Shown in pieces: positions 40,577 to 52,710 of a stretch of 64,000 nt of DNA (its first letter is position 1; the number at the start of each line of letters is the position of its first letter). The position numbers were made by a program, and so were the translations under genes. Below the pieces are notes generated by a model that was not told where the DNA came from, ran no database searches, and worked only from the letters and a program-made list of their open reading frames with translations. Origin of the DNA: Phoronis australis (Eukaryota; Animalia; Phoronida). The stretch is from the NCBI GenBank assembly GCA_002633005.1, contig NMRA01000445.1, forward strand, positions 62,001 to 126,000, read 5' to 3'.

Positions 40577-41974
40577 ATGGCAAGTTCGTCCAACATAGAC
40601 AAACCGTCTGACTGGGTCATCCGGTTTTCAAGGTCAAAGAATGGGAGGAAGTATTATCTAAACCTGAAGACAAATACAAGTACGTGGGAGCAACCAGCGT
40701 GTTTGTCTGGCCTGGCTGATACTGAACAACAGCCCAGGCAGTGTATTAGGCCCAAACAAAGTTGTGGACCTTCAAACCGAGAAAAAAGCGGGCGTGTGGA
40801 TAGTGAAAATTCTGTGACTACGTTGGTGAGAAAACCCACAAAAGTAAGCCCTGGTGATGATCCAGGTGCCAGAAAAGCAGATCAAAGTATTGATAAAATT
40901 ACAAAAATCTTGAATAGAATTAGAGCTGCTAGGCAACATGAAGGCAGTAGTGCTAAAGTACTTGATAAGAAAGGAAATTTATCTCGAGGTGTTTCGGCAA
41001 GAAAAAAGTCCAAATCCTCTGCTGGTGAAATCAAACATGTCTCCAAAAGGACAAGAGGACTTGCTGATTGGACCGATGGTGAATTATCAGACACATTAGG
41101 TGCTGGAGCAAGCAAGAATGAAGACATTGGTTCGGGTCTTGAGTTATGTAAGGTTGGAGGAAATAGTAAAGGTGTATACAAGGGTGCTGGGTCTCAATCT
41201 CATGGTATGGTGTCGAAAGAAAAGGTTGTCTCCAAACCTGTGAGGAAATTGGAGAATGATGGTCTGTCTGTTTGTCTTAAGAAACACGCAGAGCTATCAA
41301 GTCTTGATAAAGTTGTTACGGTTTTGAAAACGGATTCTGGCGAAGAAAAGAGTTTCAAGTGGAAAGGGAAAAGGAAAGAAGTGACCAGTCCGTATGGCAG
41401 GAGATGTAAAGTGCTGAAGAAGGAAAGTCACGTAGAGTCGGTGACGCAGAATCTGTCGTCACACTCGTCCAATGCCAGTGATACAAAGATCAGAAAGGGT
41501 GTAGGTATAGGACGTAATAGAAAACAAGAGAATGTGCATTTGACAAATGGGGGTGGCAATGGTAGTCGGTTGGATGACTTGACGAGATCAGATTCTTCAG
41601 CCCAGGCATGCAAGACAGTGGCCAATGAAAAGCCGTTGGAGCCATCAGATAGAAGACCAGATGGAAGATTTGTTGCTGGTAATACCGGTTATAAAAATCC
41701 CATCAATGTGGCTGTAGAATCTACCGGGTTAATGGCCTCCATGTTTGCTACAGCTGCAAGAAATAGTTCTGAAAGCTTTACAAAAACTGGCATGGTTTAC
41801 GATGGTGCGAAACTTCTAACGTCGACATTTGACCCTGGCAATGATTCTGACCATGACGTGGACATGTTGGACTTGACCGTTGAAGACGGAGGAGAGTCCG
41901 ACATGGACTACGAGACGTACTCGCTGGCAGACAGCTGTATGACAGGCCGAGTGTGTTCAGCCGAGTTTGGAACG
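40577..41974 (+). CDS. SWT1: SWT1 coding exon 1 (WW domain + basic/acidic low-complexity linker)
   Basis: ATG directly after ttctttcag; long ORF; GTAGGT donor after ...EFGT. Confidence 0.88.
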
Positions 41975-44900
41975 GTAGGTCTGTGTATCAAATGCATGAA
42001 GAACTCGGAAGAAGTGCACAACTTTTGCTCAGAATGTCCAAGTGATGCTCAAAATACAAATATTGAGCAGTTAGGGCCAAAAGGTGCTACTCACTATCTG
42101 ATTTTGGTATTGTGAGGTTCACTTCCCTCTGAAGAAAGTCTGTTTGTGATATGTTTGCCAATTTTTACTTTACATTCTTGTTATACTGACTAGGCTATCA
42201 TATCAGTACATTTCATCATATCATTGTTAATTATTTGCATAATTAAAGCCGTGTCTATCAATTTGCCGTTCTTCACAAAAATAACTTTTGATTTAGACCA
42301 TTTGGCATTGTGAAATTGGTCTCGGGTTGTTTTTTAGTCAAATTAGAGATGATTTACCGTTTCATAAGAACTAACAAGTTCGCTATTGCTTGAGACGAGG
42401 CTCTACAAATGGGCTTTCCATGTTGTGTCAGTTAAAGCGTCGAGGATTGTCTCGAGTGATAGCGACCTGTCACTTCTTTGCATACACAGAAATTATTTCT
42501 CATCTTGAGTGAGGAAAAAGTTGTGACTAATTTTAAAAATCAAAAGTGTAATTTTTTGGACGGAACAGGGGTTTTTAACAGCTTAAAATCGCTTACTTGA
42601 AATATCCACTCCTATTTGAAAGTGACCTTTATTTTCAGATTGACACTTAACTTGTGCTCTCCGTAGTTTTAAGATTTTGATAACACATTTGGACTTTTAA
42701 TTATTGAAAAATTATCAGCATATGTCCCGTTATTCTGCAGGCTTTGTTCATTGTATGCGACACCAGTGTCCTGATTGGTGACCTCGATGTGGTCAAGCGT
42801 TTGATAAAGGGATCCCGACAAGGTGAGAGTATAGTCCTAATGGTTAGCTGTAAAAGTGAGCTGGACGTAGGAAAACTTTGACAAAGTTTGTATGCGGGAA
42901 ATTGTGACTAGATAACCACTTCATGAACCTGTTTTGAATAAAATTGTGCCTGACCGTTCATTTGACTGCCTCTAGTCCTAAGATGATGGCATTTAGGTGC
43001 CGTAGCAACTGAGGTGACATCTGTCTGTGATACTATTTCAACCTCTCTGTTAGTAATTCCACCATGAAATGCATGAAAGTTTGGCAAGTTTTGAAAAAAT
43101 TGGCCAAAATATGCCCAGTTTATTTTAAAAGCACTATAGTATTGCTAAGGCAATGTGTAAATACTGAAACTAGCACCTCAGCAAGACGTATGATTTACAA
43201 GAAAATGCCATTCAAACATTTTGTTTAACACTTAAAAACATCATCCGCAGCGAATTGTCAATCAATGCAGTTACACGTCAGAGCTGTGTAACGTGAAAAA
43301 ATCTGGACAGACCGTGTCTTCTACTGTTTTAGTTAAAAACAAATGATTGCCGATGATAAGTGAGTTTTCTGTTTTTAAAATTGTTTGTTAATCCATCACC
43401 AGGTGCTAACTTACCTGTACTAGTGATTCCTTGGACAGTACTGCAAGAGCTGGACGGTCTGAAGGACAGCTATAAATCATTACCTGAACATGAGGTGAGC
43501 TTCACAATTTTTGTTTCAATCTGCTGCGCTGCAGTCTTATCTATGGGAGCTTTGTCTTGTGTATTCTAGAACATTCTCTATGTATCACTGAGCTTGTGGA
43601 TTTTATTTCTTTGACCTTTTACGGAAAAGGAGAGGGGAGAGAAACTGCATACTCAATGGATTATGGGAAATTGCCTCACCACAGGAGACTCAGCGTATTG
43701 CATGTTAGTCACCAGGTGGCAGGAGTGGGGACATCTCGTCAATCTCTACTCTGGGATGGGTATTGTTTCAGCTTTGTCTGGTATTAAAAGGTTCATATTT
43801 TAAGAAACTTTTTCCACACAACCATTGGCCTTATTGGATATTTGTCTCAGGTCTTTATGATGGCACTGATTCTCTGTTGAGATTGACCTGCCCATATATT
43901 ATGCTTTCTAGTGCTTTCTTGGCTTAACTCAAATTATTGCACATTATGTTTTTTGTTATTAGTGACTTTAATCAATGGTCTTTCTCCGCTTAACTTTAGT
44001 GATTGTACATTGTGTAATAAACATTTAAAAAAATTGTCTTTCGTCTTGTCAAGGAAAGAAGCCCTTTGTTGCTTATTCCCTGCTTGTCTTAAAGTGGCAT
44101 TAGTGACATACTGGAGTGCCAGATTTTGAAAACCAGCTTGACGCCTGTTATGGGAGAAAACTTGAGCTCAAAATCTGGGACACCAATTTAACAGTTGTTA
44201 ATTTTAAGTGAAGAAAGACATTATGTTTACACCTAGATATTCTCACTGACTGCTCATCAACACATATGGAACATCAAGCAAAATCCAGGAAGAGAGCTCT
44301 ATGTGATAATTCTGTTCTCTCTTTCACAGGAACTGGAAAAGAGAAGACAAGTCATGGCTCCAATCAGGTTCCTGTTTCACTGTTTCCGTCAGCGTCATCC
44401 ACGGGTCATGGGTCAGACTGTTGTCGAGGTACCTATGTTAGCGTTGCGCAAATATGCTCACGTGACAGTTAGCTGATGGGCCTGTCGCTCATGTGGTCAG
44501 GCCACAGTTGGGAAATCTCTGGATTGTTGCTATAGCCAATAGATACAATATATCCTCTCGTTGAACTGTCAGGACCATTGTGCTAGTTTTAATCAACTGT
44601 TCATGTCACTAAATTGAATGTTTTTTACAGTTTCGTCACCTGTTGACAAATGGATTGTAAATAAAAGAATCATCCGTAGGAAGTTTAATTGCTATTTCAG
44701 GCCAATATTGATTGTGCTGACTTCCAAGTGACCGGAAATGATGACAGAATACTGAGCTGTGCTCTGCAATGGAAATATAAGTGTAAGTGACTCAGTCCTT
44801 ATAAGGTCGCGGTGATCGGCACTTCCCAGAATACCCCAGTGCCCGCGCCTTCTCTGATTCTGCGATATTTACCTACAGTGCTACACTTATCGATGCCACT

Positions 44901-47900
44901 TGAATCGCTATTTTACAAATTTATTAGAATTATGTTGTCGGGTGATGTTTGGATGATAGTAAATCTGTACTGTTGCCAAGCATATGTTTCAATACAGACA
45001 TAAAAAGTTGAAATGCTGAGGTGCTTGTGTTCAGAGGTGTTCCTGCATTTTTATGCACCCACATATTTATATGTGGACGCATTATGCCGTCATCTCCGCC
45101 CGTCCGGCGTCTGCTGCTTTATCTCCTTTAACACACGTTCATGAAATTGGCACATTTGTTCCTTTCATGGATGGGACGGCCGTTTTTATGAAACAAATTA
45201 AACAACCCTAGAAGCACACCGTTTGCGGTTCATTCGTGGGCGCATTTCAATGCTCTGCGTTGCTCTTGGTGAATTGTACATTTCTCTGGTTCAGTTTTTG
45301 AGGACCCATAGAGTGACTAGGTGGTGCAGTGTGTAACATGCCAAAATTGCTCAGTTTATTTAAAATAACTGTCTGTGATTGTTGCGTAAAATACTAAAAC
45401 TCTGTGCTGTTTCGACACCTGTTTGGAGTGATATCCTGATGGAGTTATGAGACCTCGTCAAAGCCAAAAATTAGTCGCGTCCCAAACTTGGATTTTTTTA
45501 CAGTGCTATTAATTACTAACATGTCCCTTTACTTAGATCCTGACGGCCAGGTGGCTCTGCTCACCAATGACATCAACCTGTGCACTAAAGCTCTGGTCAG
45601 TGGCCTGCAGTCATATACAGCACAGGTGAGTATCTTGATCAGGTGTTCAAGGGTTAACTTGGCAGACGGAGAACTGTGCTAATCCCAGAATTTCCAATGT
45701 TTGGTTGAATTGTCATATTGATAACCTATTCTAGTAAGAGTAGTCTCTATCGACCAATCAGTAACGACGCACATGCTAGGCTCGTGTGTTATCATCTCTC
45801 ATGTACATTGTGGGTTCCTCTCATTTTGCATCAGCAATCGGGCACATGACTCTGTTCTTTGAACACGTGGCTCATGTGTGCAGTGGCCTTAATATCGATA
45901 CTTTCCAGATTGATGTATGATCTAATCTGCTTCTTCTTTCAGACTGTTGAAGCTGAACTGTTGAGTCGTCTGCCTGCTTCAAGTAAGTAGTGTAACAATT
46001 TTGTAAATTTTTGTACTACGGAAATTATAGGGCAATAAATTGAGGACTAATTGATTTCCAGGAGCACACTGTTGGCTCAAAGTCATTTTCCACAGCTGAA
46101 CAATTTCAATTTCTAAAGACTACTTCACATACATGCAGTGTATCACAGTGAAGGACAAATTGTATTTGATTTCTGAGTTGTGATTTGTGTCCTGAGCATA
46201 ATATTATGTTTCACTATGGGTTGAACCAAATGCATGCAGTTGATACTGTGGAATAATTTATGAATTTAAACTAATTGGTATCCATTACTTGGCCATGTGA
46301 TGCCTGTGTTTCCTATTCGTGGCTTAGGTAGACGTAATTGTCTCAATTTTGGACAAAGTAATAGAGAATTTTGACCCTTTTTCATTTTCTGGGGTTTTCT
46401 TCACAACTGTGAGTGTCTGCAATTTGTCAAAATATTGTCATATGAAACAGAACTTGAAACCGAAAAAAAGATTGATAAAATCATGAAAAAATTAAATTAA
46501 AAATTTCGAATTGTCTTCCATGCTTTGCCGTAAGTAGTAGAAATTTTGTTGTGTTATCTGTATTATTGGTGTGTATTATTTCACATGAACCATGTAGCAG
46601 ACAGGCAGTCAACTACTACTAGTCCACGGCCAAGCACCCATCAAAACAGTTCACCACAGAGTGGAGATACTGATGAGACAGTGCAGGACGTCTTCCAGAA
46701 TGTCTGGTCCACGCTCAATGACCTTTGGTGAGTATATAACTCCTGTGGCCGATTACATGAAAAAGTCCCTATAGGATCTCAACTATATTAATTTTCCTAA
46801 ATTTTTAGGGGATTTGACGCGTACTTTGTGCAGGGCCTTATTGTCCATTCTTATGCTTATTTCACTGTTGCCTCAAGATGTAGCTTTAGTAAACAGTAAG
46901 AGTATAGTATATGTTGTATCGTTCTAAATAACATAAATTAGGGTTGCTTTCATGCAAAAACCCCAATTTAAGTACTCAGCTCCTATTTATTTTCATTCAA
47001 ATATGGTTTCTATTCAGAATTAAATCCATTTGTTAGAAATTGTCAAGATATAAAAGGGGACACAATTAGGATACAGTAATAGGAAAGTCTAATTATGTTA
47101 GTGAGTGAACAAAGTCACTGTATTAATGCACTGAACATTTAGGGAGCATAGTCGAGTCCTATTGAGACTGCAGGTAGTTAGTGTGTCAACATACAAAAAC
47201 CTGTGGGTCATAACATGGAGTATGTGTGTCTTGCTTCGTAGACCTGCAGGTCACAACACATGGTACGTGGGTCATGATTCAGAGACCTGTAGGTTACAAC
47301 ATGTGACCTAAGGGTTTCAGTTCCTGCAGATAATTGAACTCCTGTTTGCACAGATGCTGTACAGTAATTGACATACCTTTCGGGGCCATCACTCAATCAA
47401 ATTCAATCAGGCTACTCAAAGATGAGCGTTTCTCATATCACGGAACACCTAATTGCAACCCAAGTTCAATCCTATGTCAACACAAGTTTAAGTCTTTTGA
47501 GACACTATGCTCTTTGGTCAAGCAAGGAGGTGAAAGATTCTTTCACAATGTAATGATTCTGTGAACTCTTTATTTGGATAGACAAATCTAATTCATGAAT
47601 CAGCAACTGTACACACTGCTACAAACTAGATGTTTACTTAATCCATAGTCATTCATCGGTTCACAGTCGAGTAGTTATTTAAGTACATATCGTTAAATGT
47701 TTTCACGTCTACTGCACAATAACGATATGTACTAAGCCTTAATGGGGCTGGGGTTAATCAACTGTTGATCATTGTCTTAGTAGTTGGATGAAACTAATAG
47801 TTATTTGATGCTTTGAAGAACTTTTTGACTTCATCTATTTACCACTGTATGGGGCTTTCACTCTACCTAATTACCACTGCACGGAGCTTTGACTTGACCT

Positions 47901-50205
47901 AATTACCACTGTAGGGGGCTTTGACTTGACCTATTTTTGTAGAGGGCTTTGAATTGACCTAATAACCACTGTACAGGTTATTGTTTAGGAATGTGTATTC
48001 CTTACTTTTTCTAGTAATAAGATGGCGGCTGTGATACAAGAGCCCTCTGTGGACAGAAAGCAGGTACTGACTTTTTTCGCCAAATTAACGGAAACGGCAA
48101 AGAAACTACAGGTCGACTTTGAGAGGTACGTTTACTCAGTCTACTCAGGTGTTACAAGCTGCGATTGGCGTGAGCAAATGTTAATTTTCTAAAATATCAG
48201 TGCGGCAAAAAATTCTTCAATTAGGGACAAAAGTGATTGTTGAAATTGCCATTTCTGTATTTGCAAAGGCTTACTTCATTCAGGAAAAGAATGCTGCATT
48301 GATTGTCCTCCCGGGTGGTTTTAGGCGAGTCGACCAGTTGGCTTGCCTCTGAATTCACTCACACCTTCACAGAAACAGTTCCACTGTAACTGATGTTACC
48401 TTTTTCCTCTGTAATCATGCAGATATCTGCTTCCAGTTAGTGTCGTAAAAGAACCCTGGTCTATTGAGTAGACATTCATCTGTGTGGGTTGCTTGCGTTC
48501 AAGACAGTAGCGTGCAGAAGGGTGCCAACAGGGCAACGACCCGGGCACCAACATTGCCGGAGGGTATCCAATTAATATTTTAAGTAAACCTCTTGAAATT
48601 GTGACTGGTAAATTGAATAAAGTTCCTATTTTACATTTCACCCTTTTTTCTTTTCTTAGTACTGGGGTCCATGCATAGTAGAAAGAGGGGTATCCAATAA
48701 AGAAATTGCCCCGAGCATCTCCAAACTTCTGCATACTGCTCTGCCCAGGTTATTTACATGCAAGCACAGGCGTTGTACTGAAAGCACTTGATCATTTACT
48801 AGACTGTTATATGCGTGGGCTGACTAACAACTGAAACATCCTTAGAAGTTATATTTAGGCAATAGTCGGACGTTACGGTAATGTACCCATAGTTTGAGAA
48901 CCAGTTTGATGCCTGTTATTCAGTGGACAATACTGGTTCTGAATTTTCGGGCACGTTGTATACTATTGTTACCTAGTTTAATTTTGTTCATAAAATTATT
49001 TTTACTTGTGTGTTGTCTTACATCCAAAACAAAGAGACCTATGAGTAACCCCTAAGGGTTGTCTTATATGTTTCAGAAGTATCCTGACAAGATTTAGTGG
49101 TCAAATGAGAAGACACTTCTTGTGAAATAAATGATATAATAATTTTGTTATCAATTGTAGTATTCTTCAAGTGGGATGTAGCCAAGTTGACATTGACCAA
49201 CACTCCGGTCGGTTCTTCGTCCTTGTGCAGACTCTAAATCGGTTCTTCCGTGACCTTGACCTCGTGTCAGAGGTTAAACCCATCCAGTCGTCTGCTCTGA
49301 AGAAGTATTTCCTTGCACACAGGTACTGTTTGTAGATGTACCGATTTCTGTACATATCATTTGCGGAAAAATGTTAAATAAATCAATACAGACAGAAACG
49401 TATTTCTAAATCAAATCTTCACAAAGAAAAATGAAAACTGTGGTCTACGTTTTTACTATATGTCATCCTACCACCATTGTGATCAGTTCTGTTGAAATGG
49501 TCTCTATTTTGTAAATCTTTGTATGGAAATTATGACTAATAAATTGAGGCTCAAATGTTTCACCAGATTATACTAGAAGGTTGAGCTCATCTAACAGTTT
49601 AACACATCCATTCCTTAACTTTACTTTACATGCATATAGTGTATGTCGGAGTGAGGGACAATTTGTATGCAATTACTAAATTGGAATTTGTGATTCGAAC
49701 ATCTGTTTGTTTCACATCTGCTGTATATTGCTGTATTACAGCAGATGGGGGATTGGTGATGATGGAGGTGACATAGAGGGTGGGGGATTGGTGATGGTGG
49801 AGGTGACATAAGCAGAACGACTATGTGTTGCGATCGTGGAGTTCGTTGAAAAATGTAGTCATGAATCGTAAAATCGGTGGTATATAATTCTACATCCATG
49901 AACCATGACACAACCCCTTTACCTCCTAACAGTAGAGCTGCTGTGCTGTACAATTCAGATGATCATGCGACACTTTATACAGATCATGTGACACTTCATA
50001 CAGATCATGTGACTGCATGTGCCAAACATCAGGTTATCTGCCACAAAAGGACCACCTTTGTTAACTTTACCCTGACTTGTGTACTTGGTTGTCTTACAGA
50101 GATATTTTATCCAATGGACTGGAGCAGTTGAAGACAATGGTAACGATGTTGAGGAACTGTCGAACACATATCACAGATTCTGAAAAGTCTGAATACCATT
50201 TATGA
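40577..50205 (+). CDS. SWT1: SWT1-like RNA endoribonuclease (N-terminal WW domain, long disordered linker, PIN domain, helical C-terminus); 11 coding exons, ~796 aa (whole-gene span)
   Basis: Exons 40577-41974, 42741-42822, 43403-43494, 44330-44428, 44701-44782, 45537-45625, 45943-45982, 46598-46727, 48015-48125, 49161-49322, 50100-50205; phases consistent, total 2391 nt. WW: PSDWVIRFSRSKNGRKYYLNLKTNTSTWEQP. PIN: FIVCDTSVLI, VIPWTVLQELDGLK, NDDRILSCALQ, LLTNDINLCTKA. Confidence 0.88.
42741..42822 (+). CDS. SWT1: SWT1 exon (PIN first strand, ALFIVCDTSVLIG)
   Basis: ttctgcag acceptor / GTGAGA donor. Confidence 0.9.
43403..43494 (+). CDS. SWT1: SWT1 exon (VLVIPWTVLQELDGLK)
   Basis: PIN E-motif; GTGAGC donor. 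Confidence 0.92.
44330..44428 (+). CDS. SWT1: SWT1 exon (IRFLFHCFRQRHPRVMGQ)
   Basis: ctctctttcacag acceptor; HPRV.GQ motif. Confidence 0.88.
44701..44782 (+). CDS. SWT1: SWT1 exon (NDDRILSCALQ)
   Basis: tttcag acceptor / GTAAGT donor; PIN catalytic Asp. Confidence 0.9.
45048..45268 (+). mobile_element. Helentron-associated non-autonomous element (HINE/DINE-1-like) in SWT1 intron
   Basis: 5' TTTTATGCACCCACAT..ATGTGGACGCAT hairpin, CCGT-type microsatellite remnant, 3' GTGGGCGCAT subTIR plus small stem-loop. Confidence 0.7.
45537..45625 (+). CDS. SWT1: SWT1 exon (VALLTNDINLCTKALVSG)
   Basis: PIN T-x-D motif; GTGAGT donor. Confidence 0.92.
45943..45982 (+). CDS. SWT1: SWT1 small exon (TVEAELLSRLPAS)
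   Basis: ttcttctttcag acceptor / GTAAGT donor; bridges phase 0 to 1. Confidence 0.75.
46598..46727 (+). CDS. SWT1: SWT1 exon (S/T linker, VFQNVWSTLNDL)
   Basis: tagCAG NAGNAG acceptor; GTGAGT donor. Confidence 0.78.
47825..47975. repeat. ~32-bp minisatellite (ttaccactgtagggggctttgacttgacctaa)
   Basis: 4-5 diverged copies. Confidence 0.75.
48015..48125 (+). CDS. SWT1: SWT1 exon (helical C-terminal region)
   Basis: ctttttctag acceptor / GTACGT donor; open phase 2-2. Confidence 0.75.
48861..48967. repeat. ~105-bp palindromic MITE (family copy)
   Basis: AATAGTCGGA...gagaaccagtttga...actggttctg...CTATT. Confidence 0.7.
49161..49322 (+). CDS. SWT1: SWT1 exon (LVQTLNRFF...)
   Basis: ttgtag acceptor / GTACTG donor; open phase 2-2. 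Confidence 0.75.
50100..50205 (+). CDS. SWT1: SWT1 terminal coding exon (RDILSNGLEQL...EYHL*)
   Basis: gtcttacag acceptor; stop TGA 50203-50205. Confidence 0.75.
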
Positions 50206-52256
50206 CACGAAGTCATGCTGGTCATAATTATAATAACCTTAAGAGAGTGCACCTATGTGCATCTGCTTTGTGCACTTTACAGACTGTGTTATCATTGGTT
50301 GTGCAAGGCGGTGAGTCATTCGTGGCCAATTGTGAGATCATTGTGGGTTCGGCATTGAAAACCTTCCTTGTGCCTTTTGAAAAGAGTTGGAGACCTTACT
50401 AGAAACTGATTCATAGGACACTTGGAGTATTTTAATACCAGGTGATGTTGGTTTAGGTAAAGGACAGGCAGGGTGACTAGTCGCAAGGGACAAAATGACC
50501 CTGGGGGTACAGACCAGTGTGAACAGCTTATGTCACATTATTGTGTATAGGTGAAGAAAATGTACAAGACAATGAAGTGTTTTACAGTGACTGGAAATTC
50601 TTGACAAGTCACGATTCAGAGAATCAAGTTTATTTTTTACTGTTAGTTATGATGGCAGTATATTTAACTCACAAGGTGCTTTTGTGTGGTACTTTGAAAA
50701 CTGCATGTTGCATTACTGCTATATTATGTTTTAATACATGATTATTAGTTATAATATCTATTCTCTCCATTAATAACTTGTTATGATTTCACAAACTTGA
50801 GATGGATTTCTGAAGTTTCTTTTAATCAAGACACACAAAACACACTATCAGCCATTAATTTTTATTAAGTTAACGGTAATAATACAATTCATAACACAAC
50901 ATGATCACTCGTTCCATGGCCTTTCAGAATCATACAAAGCACAATCCTTTAACTATTATTGTATGAAACGATAACAAAGCGATGTTGCATAGATCATAGG
51001 AAACAGATTCGCAACTCCTATATCTCCATATGAAATTCCCAGAAGAGCCACTTCTGTTCCCAGAAGAGGCGCCATTGTCCTGTTAGTGAGTAGAGGACTT
51101 CCTTACCTGAAGTAAAATTGTGACTTACACTGATGTTCAGTAACCCTAGGACACCACTAAAAACATGGCTGCGAAATTACACAAGATATTACCGTGTACT
51201 TTAAATGAGAATGCGTGATTTTGGTAGGATTTTACCCAGGTCCTAGCGTTAATGAACCCCATTTGGGGGTTGCTACCATATAGTGACTTCTTGGCCAATA
51301 GCACCGATTGTCTCTCACGCGTACGGTTCGAGATTTTGCATATATTTATACAGAGTTGGCGGTGGTTACAAAATGACTAAAGCTGCACATAACACAATGC
51401 ACCATGTTATGACCAGGGGTACAATAGGTACTTTACCTAGTAATTACGTACTGTAATCTAGCACGTCAAACATGCCATGCTTCCAATATACTGGCAAAAT
51501 TTTCAAAAGAACCTACGGACTTATTTGAGTATTAAAGTAGCATGGAGCATTAAAACAGCAGTTATGCATAATTCCACAAGCTATAACCTTAATTCTCACA
51601 CTACAACAAGAGCACTAAATACTCTGATATGTCACTCAAGGTATAANGAGATTCATAGATCCTTATAATTGAAAAAATGTTCATTGAAATTATAGACACA
51701 TGGTGAACAGAGACACCTGGTGGCTGCCAAAAATATTGCTCACAGGCTACTTTAGTTTTTGACAATATTGGACAAGACAACTAGTTCTTGTCTGTCAATC
51801 ATTTAAGTTCTCAACAGGTCCTCCTGGAGGCAATTTGTTTGCAAGTGTTGGATTTTATACTTTAACCTATTAAAAATAATTAAAAAATTATGGGTCATGG
51901 GTTGGAGAAATAAATGAAAAATATGGGCGGTGGGTACGAAATAAAAGTGCCTTCCCCCCCTCCCATACAGATTTTGCTGGAACAGCCCTAAGTCACCTCA
52001 ATAACTTTCCTCATAATTCCCTTCATTCTGAGTCACTAGCAAAAACCAGATGATGAATTTGGCTTCTACCAAACCGTCATAAGGGTGGAATATTGTGTCA
52101 TTTTGTCCGATTATACTTTTGCCCTGCACCGTACTAAAGCATGTAAAATGGATAACTAATTATAAAATGCAAAAACAGACAAGACAGATGATGATCAAAA
52201 AACAATGGCTATCACAACACGTTTTCTTTGACCTCATTATGCAACTAATGTATATT

Positions 52257-52710
52257 ATCAAGGTACCTAAACTACACAGTTAACGGGCTCATAAACACGG
52301 TCATGGATGCATGAACATGACTCGCGAAACTACAAACATCTTTCCTTGACTCACAAACATGGGAATGAACTCACAAAACACGATCCATTCACCGAAATAC
52401 ATGGGACACGGACTCATATTCACGAGGAAACACGATTAACGGACTGCCAAACACAGGTCACGGACTCATCGGCTTCCTGGGTCAGCTGACATCTACATTT
52501 TGTCCGTAAACCGTGTTTGGCAGTCCGTTAACCGTGTTTCTTTGTGAATGTGAGTCCGTGTCCCGTGTATTTGGGTGAATGGATCGTGTTTTGCGAGTCC
52601 GTTCCCGTGTTTGTGAGTCAGTGAACAGTGTTTGCAGGTACGCGAGTCGTGTTCACGTGTCTGTGACCGTGTTTATGAGTCCGTTAACCGTGTAGTTTAG
52701 GTACCTTGAT
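52257..52710. mobile_element. Foldback/MITE palindrome with ~210-bp arms
   Basis: 52257-52466 is the reverse complement of 52501-52710 with no indels. Confidence 0.9.

Noticed and set aside
41975-42115. C-terminal Cys-rich part of the 512-aa ORF as a zinc finger
   Set aside because: Lies past the GTAGGT donor at 41975 that links in phase to the PIN exons; probably intron read-through.
42759-42767. DTS instead of DTN in the SWT1 PIN domain as a sign of inactivity
   Set aside because: The catalytic Asp is retained and DTS is a common PIN variant.
47334-47564. ORFs in a SWT1 intron as the missing domain exon
   Set aside because: No good splice sites in compatible phase and no recognisable motif.
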